Shown here piece after piece: positions 8,228 to 17,445 of a DNA stretch of 57,213 nt (positions are counted from its first letter, which is position 1; each line of letters opens with the position of its first letter). Made by a program: the position numbers and the translations under genes. Under the pieces are notes generated by a model. The model was not told where the DNA came from, did not search any database, and saw only the letters and a list, made by a program, of their open reading frames with translations. This DNA comes from Minisyncoccota bacterium (GTDB lineage Bacteria > Patescibacteriota > Minisyncoccia > Minisyncoccales > CG1-02-41-26), in assembly GCA_028718965.1 (NCBI GenBank), contig JAQUKS010000001.1, positions 1-57,213 on the forward strand, given 5' to 3'.

Positions 8228-10030
8228 TTATTCTACGGTGACTGACTTGGCCAGGTTGCGCGGCTTGTCAACGTCGATTCCTTTGGCGTCAGCCACGTAA
8301 TAAGCAAGAAGCTGGAGCGGCACGACGTTGACCATCGGGGAAAGGCACTCCATGACAACCGGCGTTTCTATGATCCAGTCAGCCAGGTTTGAAGCCTCTT
8401 TGTCCCGCGGATTCACTATGGCCAGTATCCTGCCTCCTCTCGCCTTTATCTCCTGCATGTTGCTTAATATCTTTTCGTATGTCTGATCCTTGGTGGCTAT
8501 AAAAACGGCCGGCATATTCTCGTCAATCAAAGCAATGGGCCCGTGCTTCATTTCGGCCGCCGGATAACCTTCGGCGTGTATATAAGATGTCTCTTTGAGT
8601 TTCAAAGCCCCCTCCAGAGCCAGCGGATAATTAAAACCCCTTCCCAAATAAAGCGCGTTTCGCGTTTTCCGGAAAACCTCGGCTATTTTGCTTATCTCTT
8701 GGGGATGATCAAGAATATCCTGGATCTTCTCCGGCAAACCGGCCAGCTCTCTAAGAAACTCCGGGTCGGCCCGGCCGGTTCTTTGTTCCTGCAAAAAAGC
8801 GGTAAGCAAAGCCAGGGCGGCTATCTGGCACGTGAAAGCCTTGGTCGCGGCAACGCTTATTTCCGGCCCGGCGTGAAGATAAATGCCGCAGTCCACTTCC
8901 CTGGCAATAGTCGAGCCCACCACATTGACGATGCCAAGGGTTTTGGCGCCCCTTTCTTTGGCTTCTTTGAGAGCCGCCAGGGTGTCGGCCGTTTCGCCTG
9001 ACTGCGATATGACGACAGCCAGATCGTCTTTGTCAACAATGGGATCGCGATACCTGAACTCGGAAGCGTATTCCACGTCCACTCGCACCCGACAGAATTT
9101 CTCGATAAGCTGCTTGCCTATCAAGCCGGAATAAAAGCTGGTGCCGCAAGCCATAATAACGATCCTGTTCACGGCCTTCGCGTCAATGTCAACGGACAGT
9201 TTGACGGTATCGCTGGCAAGCCGGCCGCGCAGAGTGTTGGCCACTGCCTGGGGCTGTTCGAATATCTCTTTGAGCATAAAATGCTTGAACCCGCCCTTTT
9301 CGATTTGCTCGGCGTTCCATTTCAGCTCGCACACTTCTTTTTCGCTCACCTCTCCGTTAAGTTTTCTCGTCAAAAACCCGTCTTTTCCTATTGTCACCAT
9401 CTCGCCGTCATCCAGATAAACAACCTTTTTGGTGTATTTGAGTATGGCAGAGGCGTCCGATGCCAGGAACATCTCGCCATCTCCCAGGCCCAGGATGAAC
9501 GGAGAGCCTTTTCTCGCGCCGATTATCTTGTCTTCGCCCGCCTTGACCACGGCCAAGCCGAAGGTTCCCTGCAGTATCTTCAGGGTTTTTAAAACAGCTC
9601 CTTCGAAACTTGCTCCCTCGCTGAATTTCTCGATAAGATGGCTAATAACCTCGCTGTCGGTTTCGGAAACGAAACAATGGCCTTCCTTTTCCAGTATTTT
9701 TTTCAAAGCCTGGTAATTCTCGATAATGCCGTTGTGCACCACCGCGATATCTCCCTGGCAATCCAGATGCGGATGGGCGTTCTTCTCCGACGGCGCTCCG
9801 TGTGTCGCCCAGCGGGTATGGGCAATGCCGATGGTCGAGGCAAGGTCTTGGTTGGCGGCTTTTTTCACCAGCTCACCCACCCTGCCCTTGGCCTTGACGG
9901 CTTTCAAACCATTTTTTTCCGACAAACACACGCCCGCGCTGTCATAGCCGCGGTATTCCATTTGCCGCAAGCCCTCGATAAGCAAAGGAGTTGCTTTGCG
10001 AAACCCGATATAACCGAATATTCCGCACAT
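8228..10030 (-). CDS. glmS: Glutamine--fructose-6-phosphate aminotransferase
   Basis: MCGIFGY N-terminal nucleophile Cys, two SIS domains and the C-terminal KSVTVE. Confidence 0.95.
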   Translation of the reverse strand: MCGIFGYIGFRKATPLLIEGLRQMEYRGYDSAGVCLSEKNGLKAVKAKGRVGELVKKAANQDLASTIGIAHTRWATHGAPSEKNAHPHLDCQGDIAVVHNGIIENYQALKKILEKEGHCFVSETDSEVISHLIEKFSEGASFEGAVLKTLKILQGTFGLAVVKAGEDKIIGARKGSPFILGLGDGEMFLASDASAILKYTKKVVYLDDGEMVTIGKDGFLTRKLNGEVSEKEVCELKWNAEQIEKGGFKHFMLKEIFEQPQAVANTLRGRLASDTVKLSVDIDAKAVNRIVIMACGTSFYSGLIGKQLIEKFCRVRVDVEYASEFRYRDPIVDKDDLAVVISQSGETADTLAALKEAKERGAKTLGIVNVVGSTIAREVDCGIYLHAGPEISVAATKAFTCQIAALALLTAFLQEQRTGRADPEFLRELAGLPEKIQDILDHPQEISKIAEVFRKTRNALYLGRGFNYPLALEGALKLKETSYIHAEGYPAAEMKHGPIALIDENMPAVFIATKDQTYEKILSNMQEIKARGGRILAIVNPRDKEASNLADWIIETPVVMECLSPMVNVVPLQLLAYYVADAKGIDVDKPRNLAKSVTVE

Positions 10031-10047
10031 AATTGAATTTGTAATTT

Positions 10048-10098
10048 ACGAGCGGTAAAACATATTCATTAGAACAATTAAAATATTTTACCGCTCGT
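10048..10098 (-). promoter_or_regulatory. 13-bp perfect-stem hairpin between the small upstream ORF and the glmS start
   Basis: ACGAGCGGTAAAA (10048-10060) pairs with TTTTACCGCTCGT (10086-10098) around a 25-nt loop. No U-run follows on the minus strand, and glmS has no recognisable SD. Confidence 0.5.
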
Positions 10099-10104
10099 TG
10101 AGCC

Positions 10105-10200
10105 TCATTTGTCCGAAAACAGGCCGAGGCATGGCCTTACTTTTATCCCCAGCTGGCGAAGCCAGCTAAGGATTTTCCGTTCCTCCTTGGTGAGCCGCAT
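10105..10200 (-). CDS. Small ORF (31 aa) with a very strong SD in the glmS leader
   Basis: AAAGGAAAGGAGGTGAgtcaaATG leads into MRLTKEERKILSWLRQLGIKVRPCLGLFSDK. The coding region itself contains stem-loops (AGCTGGC-ttc-GCCAGCT on the minus-strand RNA). Confidence 0.35.
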   Translation of the reverse strand: MRLTKEERKILSWLRQLGIKVRPCLGLFSDK

Positions 10201-10392
10201 TTGACTCACCTCCTTTCCTTTTTAATTGAAGAGGGGGAGATCAAAAGAATTGATATCCCCCTTTGAGAAAAATATGTAAAGATTGCTTGTTTTCGGTGTT
10301 CCGCGAACGGAATCCCGGAAACTTGCAATCTTTTTTAGCTATTTATAAGAGCCAGCTTCATTGTGCGTCCGAAACTATGTTTTAACAATGGA

Positions 10393-10425
10393 CAAAAAAA
10401 AGACAAAATCCCGCTTTCGCGGGAT
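10393..10425 (-). terminator. Intrinsic terminator after the GHMP-kinase-like gene
   Basis: On the minus strand, ATCCCGC-GAAA-GCGGGAT is followed by TTTTGTCTTTTTTTTG. Confidence 0.7.
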
Positions 10426-10488
10426 AAAATAAAGCAAAACAAAAAGTGTTGCATTATTTAAGCAATCGCTTATATTTTGCAACACTTT

Positions 10489-12279
10489 CTATTTCACCAG
10501 CCAGATTGTAAGATTGTCGGGATCGAGCTTGAGATAAAAATCGCTTATGCCGCCCCTGATTGCCAGAGCAAGCTTTTTTTTGGTTTTTCGGGCTATGATC
10601 TTGATAAGAGGCGAAATGATTTTTCCCTGCAATTCGTAGCGGTCGTTGGCGTAAGAAGACGGAGGCAATTCGCTGCTGGAAACCTCCTGATTGGTTTTCG
10701 CGAGGAGAATCTTTAAAATCTTTATCGCGGTTTTCTGCGAATGAAGCTGGGCCGAGGTAAGGCTTTCGCCTTTGATCAGGATCCGTCCGGATTTTTCCAT
10801 TATCAAAATGTCGGCTTTTTGTTTTTGCGCGGCGAACTGTTCGGGAGAGAGCGGCCGAATAACAGAGCGGCCGCTGGCGAATTCTTGAACGACCACCGTA
10901 TTTTTGGAAACGAATTCCGAATATATTTTTTGCCCCAGAAACTGCTCCACCACCGCTCCCCTTTCTTCTATGCCGTCTATCCATGAGCCATAGCCTAATT
11001 GCACCTCCAGGCCGAATTCCTTTCTTAAGGTGGCTGTGATATCGGGCAGAATTTCCTGCTTTTGGCCCGCCGGAAAAACGAAAAGAACAATGTCCTTTTT
11101 GGTGGTGGAAACGGCCTTGACGCCCGCCCCAAGATCATCGGCCTTGCTGGCCTGGTGGTGAATAATCGAATTTACCGCGCCGGTCGTGTCTGACAAAAGC
11201 CCCAAAAGCAAGAATAGCGCCTGGTGGCGGTCGACGGCCCGCAAAAATTCCCTAAGATTATCCGTGCGATGCCCGCCTTTCAAAAGCGTTCCGAATTTCA
11301 GAAGCACGTCCCCGCTCAAAAAATTCATCACTTCAAGACAGCTGTTGTTCCAGAGTTTTTTGTCCTGCCCGAAAACCGACCGGGGAAAATTCTGGCGGAA
11401 AAAATCAGCGACGTTCTTAGTGGTTTCCTCCAAGGGCAAAGTGGAAAAGGGCGTATTGCCTCTCGGCTCGCCCAAATAAAGCAGGCCGAAATCAATCGGC
11501 CAGGAACGACGCCCGCTGATCTTGAATAATTCGTCGAGCCGGCCGCCGTCAAACTTTGCCTCATCAATGAGATCATAATTATCATTGATATTAAAAGGCA
11601 ATATCAGATTTTTCGTTTCTTTGATTAAGTAATAAAGCGGATAAACCGACGGCAAAAGGGTGGCAAAAAGAGTGGCTCCGCTGGTTTCGGCTCCCCGGTG
11701 GGCCGCCAGCATTTTCCAGGCCGAGCGAAAAACCGGATCGAAACGATATTTCTTGTTTCTTATCAGCTCGCTTGAATCTTGTTTCGTCCATTCCTTGAGG
11801 TCTTGCGGATAAACCTCCCTGGCCTGCAAATGAAAGGCCAAAGCTAAAGCCGAGCATAGGGCTCCCGAAGACCCGCTGCCCCCGAAAGGCATTTCCGAAA
11901 GCAGATGTATCCTGAAGGCCTGTTTTCGCAGTTTGCGGCCCCATATTTTATTGATAAATTCCGCCAAACGGTTTTGCGACAAATGGTCGTATTGGTCGGG
12001 CTGAAATTCTTGTTTGCGAAGAGAATACGACTGGCTGGCCGCGTCGAAATCAATGGCGGAGCCGCTGTTTTTGGGCAAAAACTCCAAGCCGACGTAAAGG
12101 CGCAGAGGCAGCTTCTGCAGCAGCATCAAGCCGCCCCAGTAGCCCACGTATTCACCAGCCCATGTAAAGAAATGGGGAGCCGAAACCACTATCTGGCACT
12201 TAGAAAAAAATTCCCGATAAACTTCAGGGAATCTTTTTTTGAGCGCTGCACTATTGAGTGAATCCCGAATTTTATCCAT
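10489..12279 (-). CDS. GHMP-kinase-fold protein fused to a C-terminal OmpR/PhoB-like winged-helix domain
   Basis: GHMP motif I-like SAPHFFTWAGEYVGYWGG and motif II MPFGGSGSSGALCSALALA are present. The last ~100 aa (GESLTSAQLHSQKTAIKILKILL...ISPLIKIIARKTKKKL...GGISDFYLKL) follow the Trans_reg_C pattern. Confidence 0.6.
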   Translation of the reverse strand: MDKIRDSLNSAALKKRFPEVYREFFSKCQIVVSAPHFFTWAGEYVGYWGGLMLLQKLPLRLYVGLEFLPKNSGSAIDFDAASQSYSLRKQEFQPDQYDHLSQNRLAEFINKIWGRKLRKQAFRIHLLSEMPFGGSGSSGALCSALALAFHLQAREVYPQDLKEWTKQDSSELIRNKKYRFDPVFRSAWKMLAAHRGAETSGATLFATLLPSVYPLYYLIKETKNLILPFNINDNYDLIDEAKFDGGRLDELFKISGRRSWPIDFGLLYLGEPRGNTPFSTLPLEETTKNVADFFRQNFPRSVFGQDKKLWNNSCLEVMNFLSGDVLLKFGTLLKGGHRTDNLREFLRAVDRHQALFLLLGLLSDTTGAVNSIIHHQASKADDLGAGVKAVSTTKKDIVLFVFPAGQKQEILPDITATLRKEFGLEVQLGYGSWIDGIEERGAVVEQFLGQKIYSEFVSKNTVVVQEFASGRSVIRPLSPEQFAAQKQKADILIMEKSGRILIKGESLTSAQLHSQKTAIKILKILLAKTNQEVSSSELPPSSYANDRYELQGKIISPLIKIIARKTKKKLALAIRGGISDFYLKLDPDNLTIWLVK

Positions 12280-12315
12280 ACGTTTGAGGTCTTAATCCGG
12301 CTGTTTCACATTATG

Positions 12316-14097
12316 TTAATACAGTTTCTTGAGCAATTCAAGATAGAAAGCGCTGCTCCATGCCTGGCACAAACAGCCCTCGCTCCGCAATTCAGCGGCC
12401 GAGCTTAGCTCGGAATGATGGCCGATAATCCCCTGCCATAAAATATCATGGGCGCTGGCTTTGGCTATTTTTTCGATATAAGGCAGAAATGTTTTTTTAT
12501 CGGTCGCGGCCATCATCAAGCCCGCCAGGTTGTTGATGAAAAACCAGCTGTCGCCCTGATGATAGCTCGCGGCGTTTTCGCCGGTATGCTCGCTTTGAAA
12601 ATCGCTGTTTTGCCTGTCCAGGGTGGCCAATCCCCCCCACTCCAGCCAAAGCCGGCCCAGGGCATTCTCAAAGCATTTTTGCCACTCGGCCCTAGTAAGC
12701 AGTTTGGGATAAGCCAGGGCTGCCAAAAAGATATTGGGCCGGACGGTTTTGTCAGGCGTTTGATTATCGAAAAGCCCGTCCGCTAAAATTTCGCCATCCC
12801 ATAATTTTTCTTTGAAGTATCTCCGGCCTTCCTTTTCCTGTCTGCGGTAGAAAAACTTTTTCCGCCAGAATTCGTAATTGAGCGCGCCCAAACGATAAGC
12901 GTTCAGCAACAGCGCCTGCATTTCCAGGCAGTAAGGAGCGCGGCCGATGCTGTCCATCCAGGTTGACTTGGGATAATGCAGGAAAAAGCTTTTAGGAGAG
13001 CTCACGCGGCCGTTTTTAAAGAACTCTTCGATGGCCGCGAGTAGAAATTTTCTCCGGAAAGAAAAGTTTTCCGAACGCTTGAAGAGCCAGCCCCATCCGT
13101 CCACTGCCGAATCGTTTTTTTCGCCCTTGATGATGGAAACGAGCGTTTTCTCGAAAATCGTCTTAGCGGCGGCCGGCTTGACATAAGAAAGGGCTTTTAA
13201 GGAAAGAGCCGTATCCCTCTGCCACGACTGGAAGAACCATGGCAAGCCCGCGTAAAGCATTTCCGGCTTTTTCTTTTTGCTGTCGCAAACCAGAAGCCCC
13301 TGCAAAGAATTTTTGGCGCAAAGATAAGCCATTTTCAGCTCCGGATTGCCAATGGAAGGCTCGTTGAAAAAAGGCAGCAGTTTTTTTGCTTCTTTTTGCC
13401 GCTTGTTTTTCAAAATTTTCAGGTTGTCCGCCCCGGCCGCGGCTTGCGTGATGGCTTCTTCTTTGTTTAGCGCGACCGCGAAAATTATTCTTTGGGCGCC
13501 AATCAGCTTCAAGGCGACAAAAACATGACGTTCGAAGGGCGGCGAGCTTCGTTTCCTGTCGTAGGAATATTCTTTAAGCCGCCATTTTTTGATGAGTTCG
13601 GTTTCGCGGTTGTCGCTTTTTATGGCTAGCCAAATTTCCGGAACTCCCAAATCTGGCTGGGTATATTTGACCAAAGTAAGGCCGCTCTCGTAAAAAATCT
13701 CATAAGAGCGGCTGTCATTTCGGTTGTCGAACGATTCTTTGACGTCCAAGACCACGCTAAGATTTTTTTTCTCGCTCACCTCGTAGGAGAAAACATCCGA
13801 AGACGCCGGCAAAAAGAAAGTTTCCATCAGTTCGCCTCTTTTTTGCTGGCAGTTCCAAAAATTATTCCTTACTTCTTCGACCGCGGGCGCGTTCTCGATT
13901 TCGATGCTTTCCACAAGCCGGAACATTTTTACGCCTGCCAATCCGGCGGGCGTAAAAAACCAGCCCTGGTAGCGACTCTTCGTTTCGCCGCCCCACCATA
14001 AATAGCCCCCTGTTTTATTGGTAAGCAAAAACGAGCCATCGCCGTCCGTAAGCTTGGCTAGACGGTTTTTTTCGTTGAAATAGTGGACTACTTTCAT
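12316..14097 (-). CDS. Amylo-alpha-1,6-glucosidase / glycogen debranching enzyme (GDE_C-type)
   Basis: 593 aa with GLPWFFQSWQRDTALSL and a C-terminal (alpha/alpha)6-type pattern (HQGDSWFF, CQAWSSA). The start overlaps the upstream stop (ATGA). Confidence 0.75.
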   Translation of the reverse strand: MKVVHYFNEKNRLAKLTDGDGSFLLTNKTGGYLWWGGETKSRYQGWFFTPAGLAGVKMFRLVESIEIENAPAVEEVRNNFWNCQQKRGELMETFFLPASSDVFSYEVSEKKNLSVVLDVKESFDNRNDSRSYEIFYESGLTLVKYTQPDLGVPEIWLAIKSDNRETELIKKWRLKEYSYDRKRSSPPFERHVFVALKLIGAQRIIFAVALNKEEAITQAAAGADNLKILKNKRQKEAKKLLPFFNEPSIGNPELKMAYLCAKNSLQGLLVCDSKKKKPEMLYAGLPWFFQSWQRDTALSLKALSYVKPAAAKTIFEKTLVSIIKGEKNDSAVDGWGWLFKRSENFSFRRKFLLAAIEEFFKNGRVSSPKSFFLHYPKSTWMDSIGRAPYCLEMQALLLNAYRLGALNYEFWRKKFFYRRQEKEGRRYFKEKLWDGEILADGLFDNQTPDKTVRPNIFLAALAYPKLLTRAEWQKCFENALGRLWLEWGGLATLDRQNSDFQSEHTGENAASYHQGDSWFFINNLAGLMMAATDKKTFLPYIEKIAKASAHDILWQGIIGHHSELSSAAELRSEGCLCQAWSSAFYLELLKKLY

Positions 14098-15908
14098 TTG
14101 TTTTTTATGGCTATCTGGTGGGCTTTAAAGTAGTTTTTAACAAGTTTTTTCCAACCGAAAAGCACTGAAAGGTCTTTGGCGTGAATTTTATTTTCAACCC
14201 TTTCTTTGGCCTGGTATTGGCTGAAAGTGAATAAAATATCAGCCAGCGATTCCACTGCCTCTTCGTCTTTCGTGTCGGTTCTTTTGAGAAGAAAAACCCC
14301 AGGATACTTTTTGTCCGCGATGTATTTTTGGCACGCCCTGCCAAAACCGGTAAGGTCGCTTGTCAAAGCAGGCACGCCATAGCCGGCGGTTTCCAGGGTC
14401 GTGTAGCCCCAGGGTTCGTAAAATGAAGGAAAAACGCCCAGATGTGAACCTTTCAAGAATTCTTCATAGGTAAGATTGGCAAGGCCATCATGGCCGGAAA
14501 GATAAATCGGATAAAAAACAACTTTTACTTTGTCGTCGGGCTTGTTGTCTAGGCCGCTCTCCTGAAGAAGATTCAGAATAGGGTCGTGTTCATTCAACAA
14601 ATCATGGGTGGACAAAGGAGGCGTGCCCTTTCTTTTTAATTTTAAAAACTTTTTTTCGATGTTGAATAGAAAGTCCTTGTTGAAAAGCGTTTCCTCGGAA
14701 ATTTCCTTGTCCTCGGCTAAAGCGTAAAGCACTTTTTCCTGAGTTTCGTGGGAAATCTCTTCCAAAGAATTCTTGATGTCTTCCAGAAATTCGCGGCTTT
14801 CCAAAATATCGGTTTTAATGCCCCTTACGCCCGAAGGCACCAAAAAGAAGGCAACAACGGTTTTTTTGGCATGGCTTTCCCGCATTTTTTCGTTAAGAAG
14901 CGCCAGGGATTTTATAAAAATATCCAGACCTTTGGCGCGGAATTCATAACGGCAGGCGGTGAAGAAAAACAATGTTTGCTCCAAATCAAAAGCGTAATAA
15001 GGAAAAAAATAAAAAAGCAAAAAATTTCTTAAACGGTTGCGGTACGCTCTGTGCTGAATGGTTATTTCTTCAAAGCTGGGAAACTGGCTTTCACTCAATC
15101 CGTTAGGCAAAAGCAAATCGGCCTTCCTCCCAAGAAAGTGCTCGGCCTCCCAGGCGGTTATGGCGCTCACCGTGGTGAAAACCGTTGCCTGGTGCGTGAC
15201 AGCTTTTTCCAGCTGGTGCTTTGCCTTGATATTGAAGCGGTTGATTTCTTCTTCGGGATTGATACTGTCTATGAAACCGTAAAAATCAACGTTGTTGTAG
15301 GCCAGCGTCCTTCCCAATGTAGTGGCGTGCGTGGTGAATACGGTGCCGATTCGAGGCTGTTTTTTGCCCAGATACAAAAGCCCGGTGCCCGAAAGCCATT
15401 CGTGAAAATGCGCCACTGCCTTTTTACCTGGGAATAATTCGGCCAGCTTTTCAATCAGCAGGCCGCAGGCAGTCGCCCAGACAACCGGTTCGGTAAAATC
15501 ATTGCCGGCTGTAATGGAATCGATTTGGTCATCGCTCCAAAGGTCGGTTTTTATCTGATTGGCTCTGGGCCAGAAGTCCTTAAAATCGATAAGAATGATT
15601 CTCGGCTCGCCCTTTATCAGCCATTTGCCCCAATGAAACCGCAGGCCCTGCTCTTGCTCAAGGGCTTTGAATACATCTTTGATGTTTTCTTCGGGCGGCT
15701 CTTCTTCGAATTCGCCCTTTAGCTTTTCGGCGAAATAAGGCCCAAGCAGAAAATAGTTTTCCGGATAATGCTTTATCATTTGCTCTACCTTAGATACCAA
15801 AACAGTCCAAATGCCTCCCACCTTGTTACCTACTTCCCAGGCCACCTCGAAAACCACGTCGGGGCTTTCCGGTGTTTTAGTTTTGGAAATAATCGTTTTC
15901 GCGTTCAT
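14094..15908 (-). CDS. Glycogen synthase, GT3 (eukaryote/archaeal-like) type
   Basis: The N-terminus VFEVAWEVGNKVGGIWTV is typical of GT3 glycogen synthases. 604 aa. YEPWGYTTLE sits in the C-terminal GT-B half. Confidence 0.75.
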   Translation of the reverse strand: MNAKTIISKTKTPESPDVVFEVAWEVGNKVGGIWTVLVSKVEQMIKHYPENYFLLGPYFAEKLKGEFEEEPPEENIKDVFKALEQEQGLRFHWGKWLIKGEPRIILIDFKDFWPRANQIKTDLWSDDQIDSITAGNDFTEPVVWATACGLLIEKLAELFPGKKAVAHFHEWLSGTGLLYLGKKQPRIGTVFTTHATTLGRTLAYNNVDFYGFIDSINPEEEINRFNIKAKHQLEKAVTHQATVFTTVSAITAWEAEHFLGRKADLLLPNGLSESQFPSFEEITIQHRAYRNRLRNFLLFYFFPYYAFDLEQTLFFFTACRYEFRAKGLDIFIKSLALLNEKMRESHAKKTVVAFFLVPSGVRGIKTDILESREFLEDIKNSLEEISHETQEKVLYALAEDKEISEETLFNKDFLFNIEKKFLKLKRKGTPPLSTHDLLNEHDPILNLLQESGLDNKPDDKVKVVFYPIYLSGHDGLANLTYEEFLKGSHLGVFPSFYEPWGYTTLETAGYGVPALTSDLTGFGRACQKYIADKKYPGVFLLKRTDTKDEEAVESLADILFTFSQYQAKERVENKIHAKDLSVLFGWKKLVKNYFKAHQIAIKNK

Positions 15909-15924
15909 GAAGTTTTACCTGACT

Positions 15925-16227
15925 TCAGAGTTTCGCTTTTATTTTTTCAGCCGTCGCCTTAGCTGATTTGATTTTCTGAATACTCCGGGCCAAACCAGCC
16001 TCCCCGAAAACATCGACAATCCATCGGCTGAAATCGTTTTTACCCGCGTTGGCGTGATACTCGAAAACATTCTGCGGGATTTTTCCAAGGATGTCGACCA
16101 GTTCTTTGAGATTTCTGGCAACCTGGCCATCGCAGAACCAAAAGGCCTTTTCAGGGGCGACGCTTCCTGTAGGTTTCTTTTTGCCGGTTTTAGCGGCAGA
16201 TGTTTTTTTATATATGGGTTTTTTCAT
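15925..16227 (-). CDS. Small lysine-rich protein associated with the glucan cluster
   Basis: 100 aa in-operon ORF between the GH57 and GT3 genes (FWFCDGQVARNLKELVDIL...NDFSRWI). Function unknown. Confidence 0.5.
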   Translation of the reverse strand: MKKPIYKKTSAAKTGKKKPTGSVAPEKAFWFCDGQVARNLKELVDILGKIPQNVFEYHANAGKNDFSRWIVDVFGEAGLARSIQKIKSAKATAEKIKAKL

Positions 16228-16265
16228 TTTATTTTATGATTGATTAAACGACCTTTGTTCGCTAA

Positions 16266-17444
16266 TCAGGCGAGCCGCAGTTTCAAGTCGTTGAAAATAT
16301 TCATAAAAACGATAAAGGCATCGTAAGGCGAATCATAGGGGCTGAAATACTTATGCACATCCCCGTCAGCGAACCATTTCACGCACATATAGTAAAAATG
16401 GTCCGATGTCTGCAGTTTTCGCCATTGTTCCAGGATTCGTTCGTTTTTGTTTTTTTTAATCTGGGTTTCCAGCGAGTAAATTTTGTTCAGGGCTTCCTGC
16501 TGCATCTTGTTGCCCAGCCAGGCCGATAAGTCGCGTTCGGTGTCGGCCCAGGTTACGATATGAGGAAAATCAAGTTCACCCGCTGGCTTATATAATTTTA
16601 TCACGTCGGAAGGATTTTGGAAATTATTTTCCGGGTATTTCAGAATTTCACCGGGAAGATTTTTCAGAAACTCAAAGATGCCTGTTTCTTCCCATTGGTG
16701 CTCGCCGAACGTTTCGTAATCCATAAAAAGATTGATGAGGTCGCCGTGGCCGTGAATGCCCCGCACCCAGGCCGCGAACTTCTCGGCGGTAAGGGGCCAT
16801 TCGCTCCAGTCGCGGGTGGAAAAACGAAAAGAAATATCATCGCTTAATTTATAGTTGCGCAGGAGAGCTTTAATCTTCGGGGCGCCGTTGATTTTATAAA
16901 CATAATTAGGGCTTCTCCAGCCAAGAATATAATCGGCGCCCTCTCCCAGAATGGTTTTATAGCCCATTTCTTCGACTGCCCTGGCCATTTCATTGCTCAG
17001 CATCAGCTCGGTATTGCGAAAAGCCTTCGGGGAATAGCCGAACAAGCTTTTTATTTTTCGGCGGTGCAAGGCAATCTGGGCTTTGAATTCTTCGGGCGAG
17101 TAAAGATAGGCCAGCGAATGGTGATAGGTTTCAGCAAGAATTTCGCAGCAGCCGGTTTTTACCAGCTCCTGGAAGCCGCCGATTACTTCGGGAAAATGCT
17201 TTTCCAGCTGTTCCAGCAGCACGCCCGATAAACCGAAAGCGATTTTAAAATGGCCTTGGTGCTGCCTGATTAAATCCAAAAGGATTTTATTGGTCCGCAG
17301 GTAGCTTTTTCGCGTGATCCGCGCCAGGTAGTCGTAATTACGCTGCTGGTCAAAATAATCATCGTCTCCGCCGATGTCAAAAACCGAATAATTCTTCAGG
17401 CGAAAAGGCTGATGGGTTTGCAGATATAAACAAACTGATGGCAT
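16266..17444 (-). CDS. Glycoside hydrolase family 57 (alpha-amylase/branching-enzyme-like)
   Basis: CLYLQTHQPFRL N-terminus and the WEETGIFEF / DYETFGEH pattern. The start was chosen at ATG 17444, 1 nt after the upstream stop; the longest ORF extends to 17483. Confidence 0.75.
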   Translation of the reverse strand: MPSVCLYLQTHQPFRLKNYSVFDIGGDDDYFDQQRNYDYLARITRKSYLRTNKILLDLIRQHQGHFKIAFGLSGVLLEQLEKHFPEVIGGFQELVKTGCCEILAETYHHSLAYLYSPEEFKAQIALHRRKIKSLFGYSPKAFRNTELMLSNEMARAVEEMGYKTILGEGADYILGWRSPNYVYKINGAPKIKALLRNYKLSDDISFRFSTRDWSEWPLTAEKFAAWVRGIHGHGDLINLFMDYETFGEHQWEETGIFEFLKNLPGEILKYPENNFQNPSDVIKLYKPAGELDFPHIVTWADTERDLSAWLGNKMQQEALNKIYSLETQIKKNKNERILEQWRKLQTSDHFYYMCVKWFADGDVHKYFSPYDSPYDAFIVFMNIFNDLKLRLA

Positions 17445-17445
17445 A

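Noticed and set aside
10031-10480. Possible glmS ribozyme upstream of glmS.
   Set aside because: I read the minus-strand leader and could not find the conserved core elements I recall (AGCGCC cleavage-site region, GACGAGG, GGCGGAUGCC-type P2 segments). The region is instead occupied by an SD-led small ORF and simple hairpins. A covariance-model search is still needed for formal exclusion.
10454-10984. 176-aa Arg-rich ORF overlapping the 3' part of the GHMP-kinase-like gene in another frame.
   Set aside because: It is an alternative frame of a gene with recognisable domains. Its composition (R/S/G/K-rich) is typical of out-of-frame translation.
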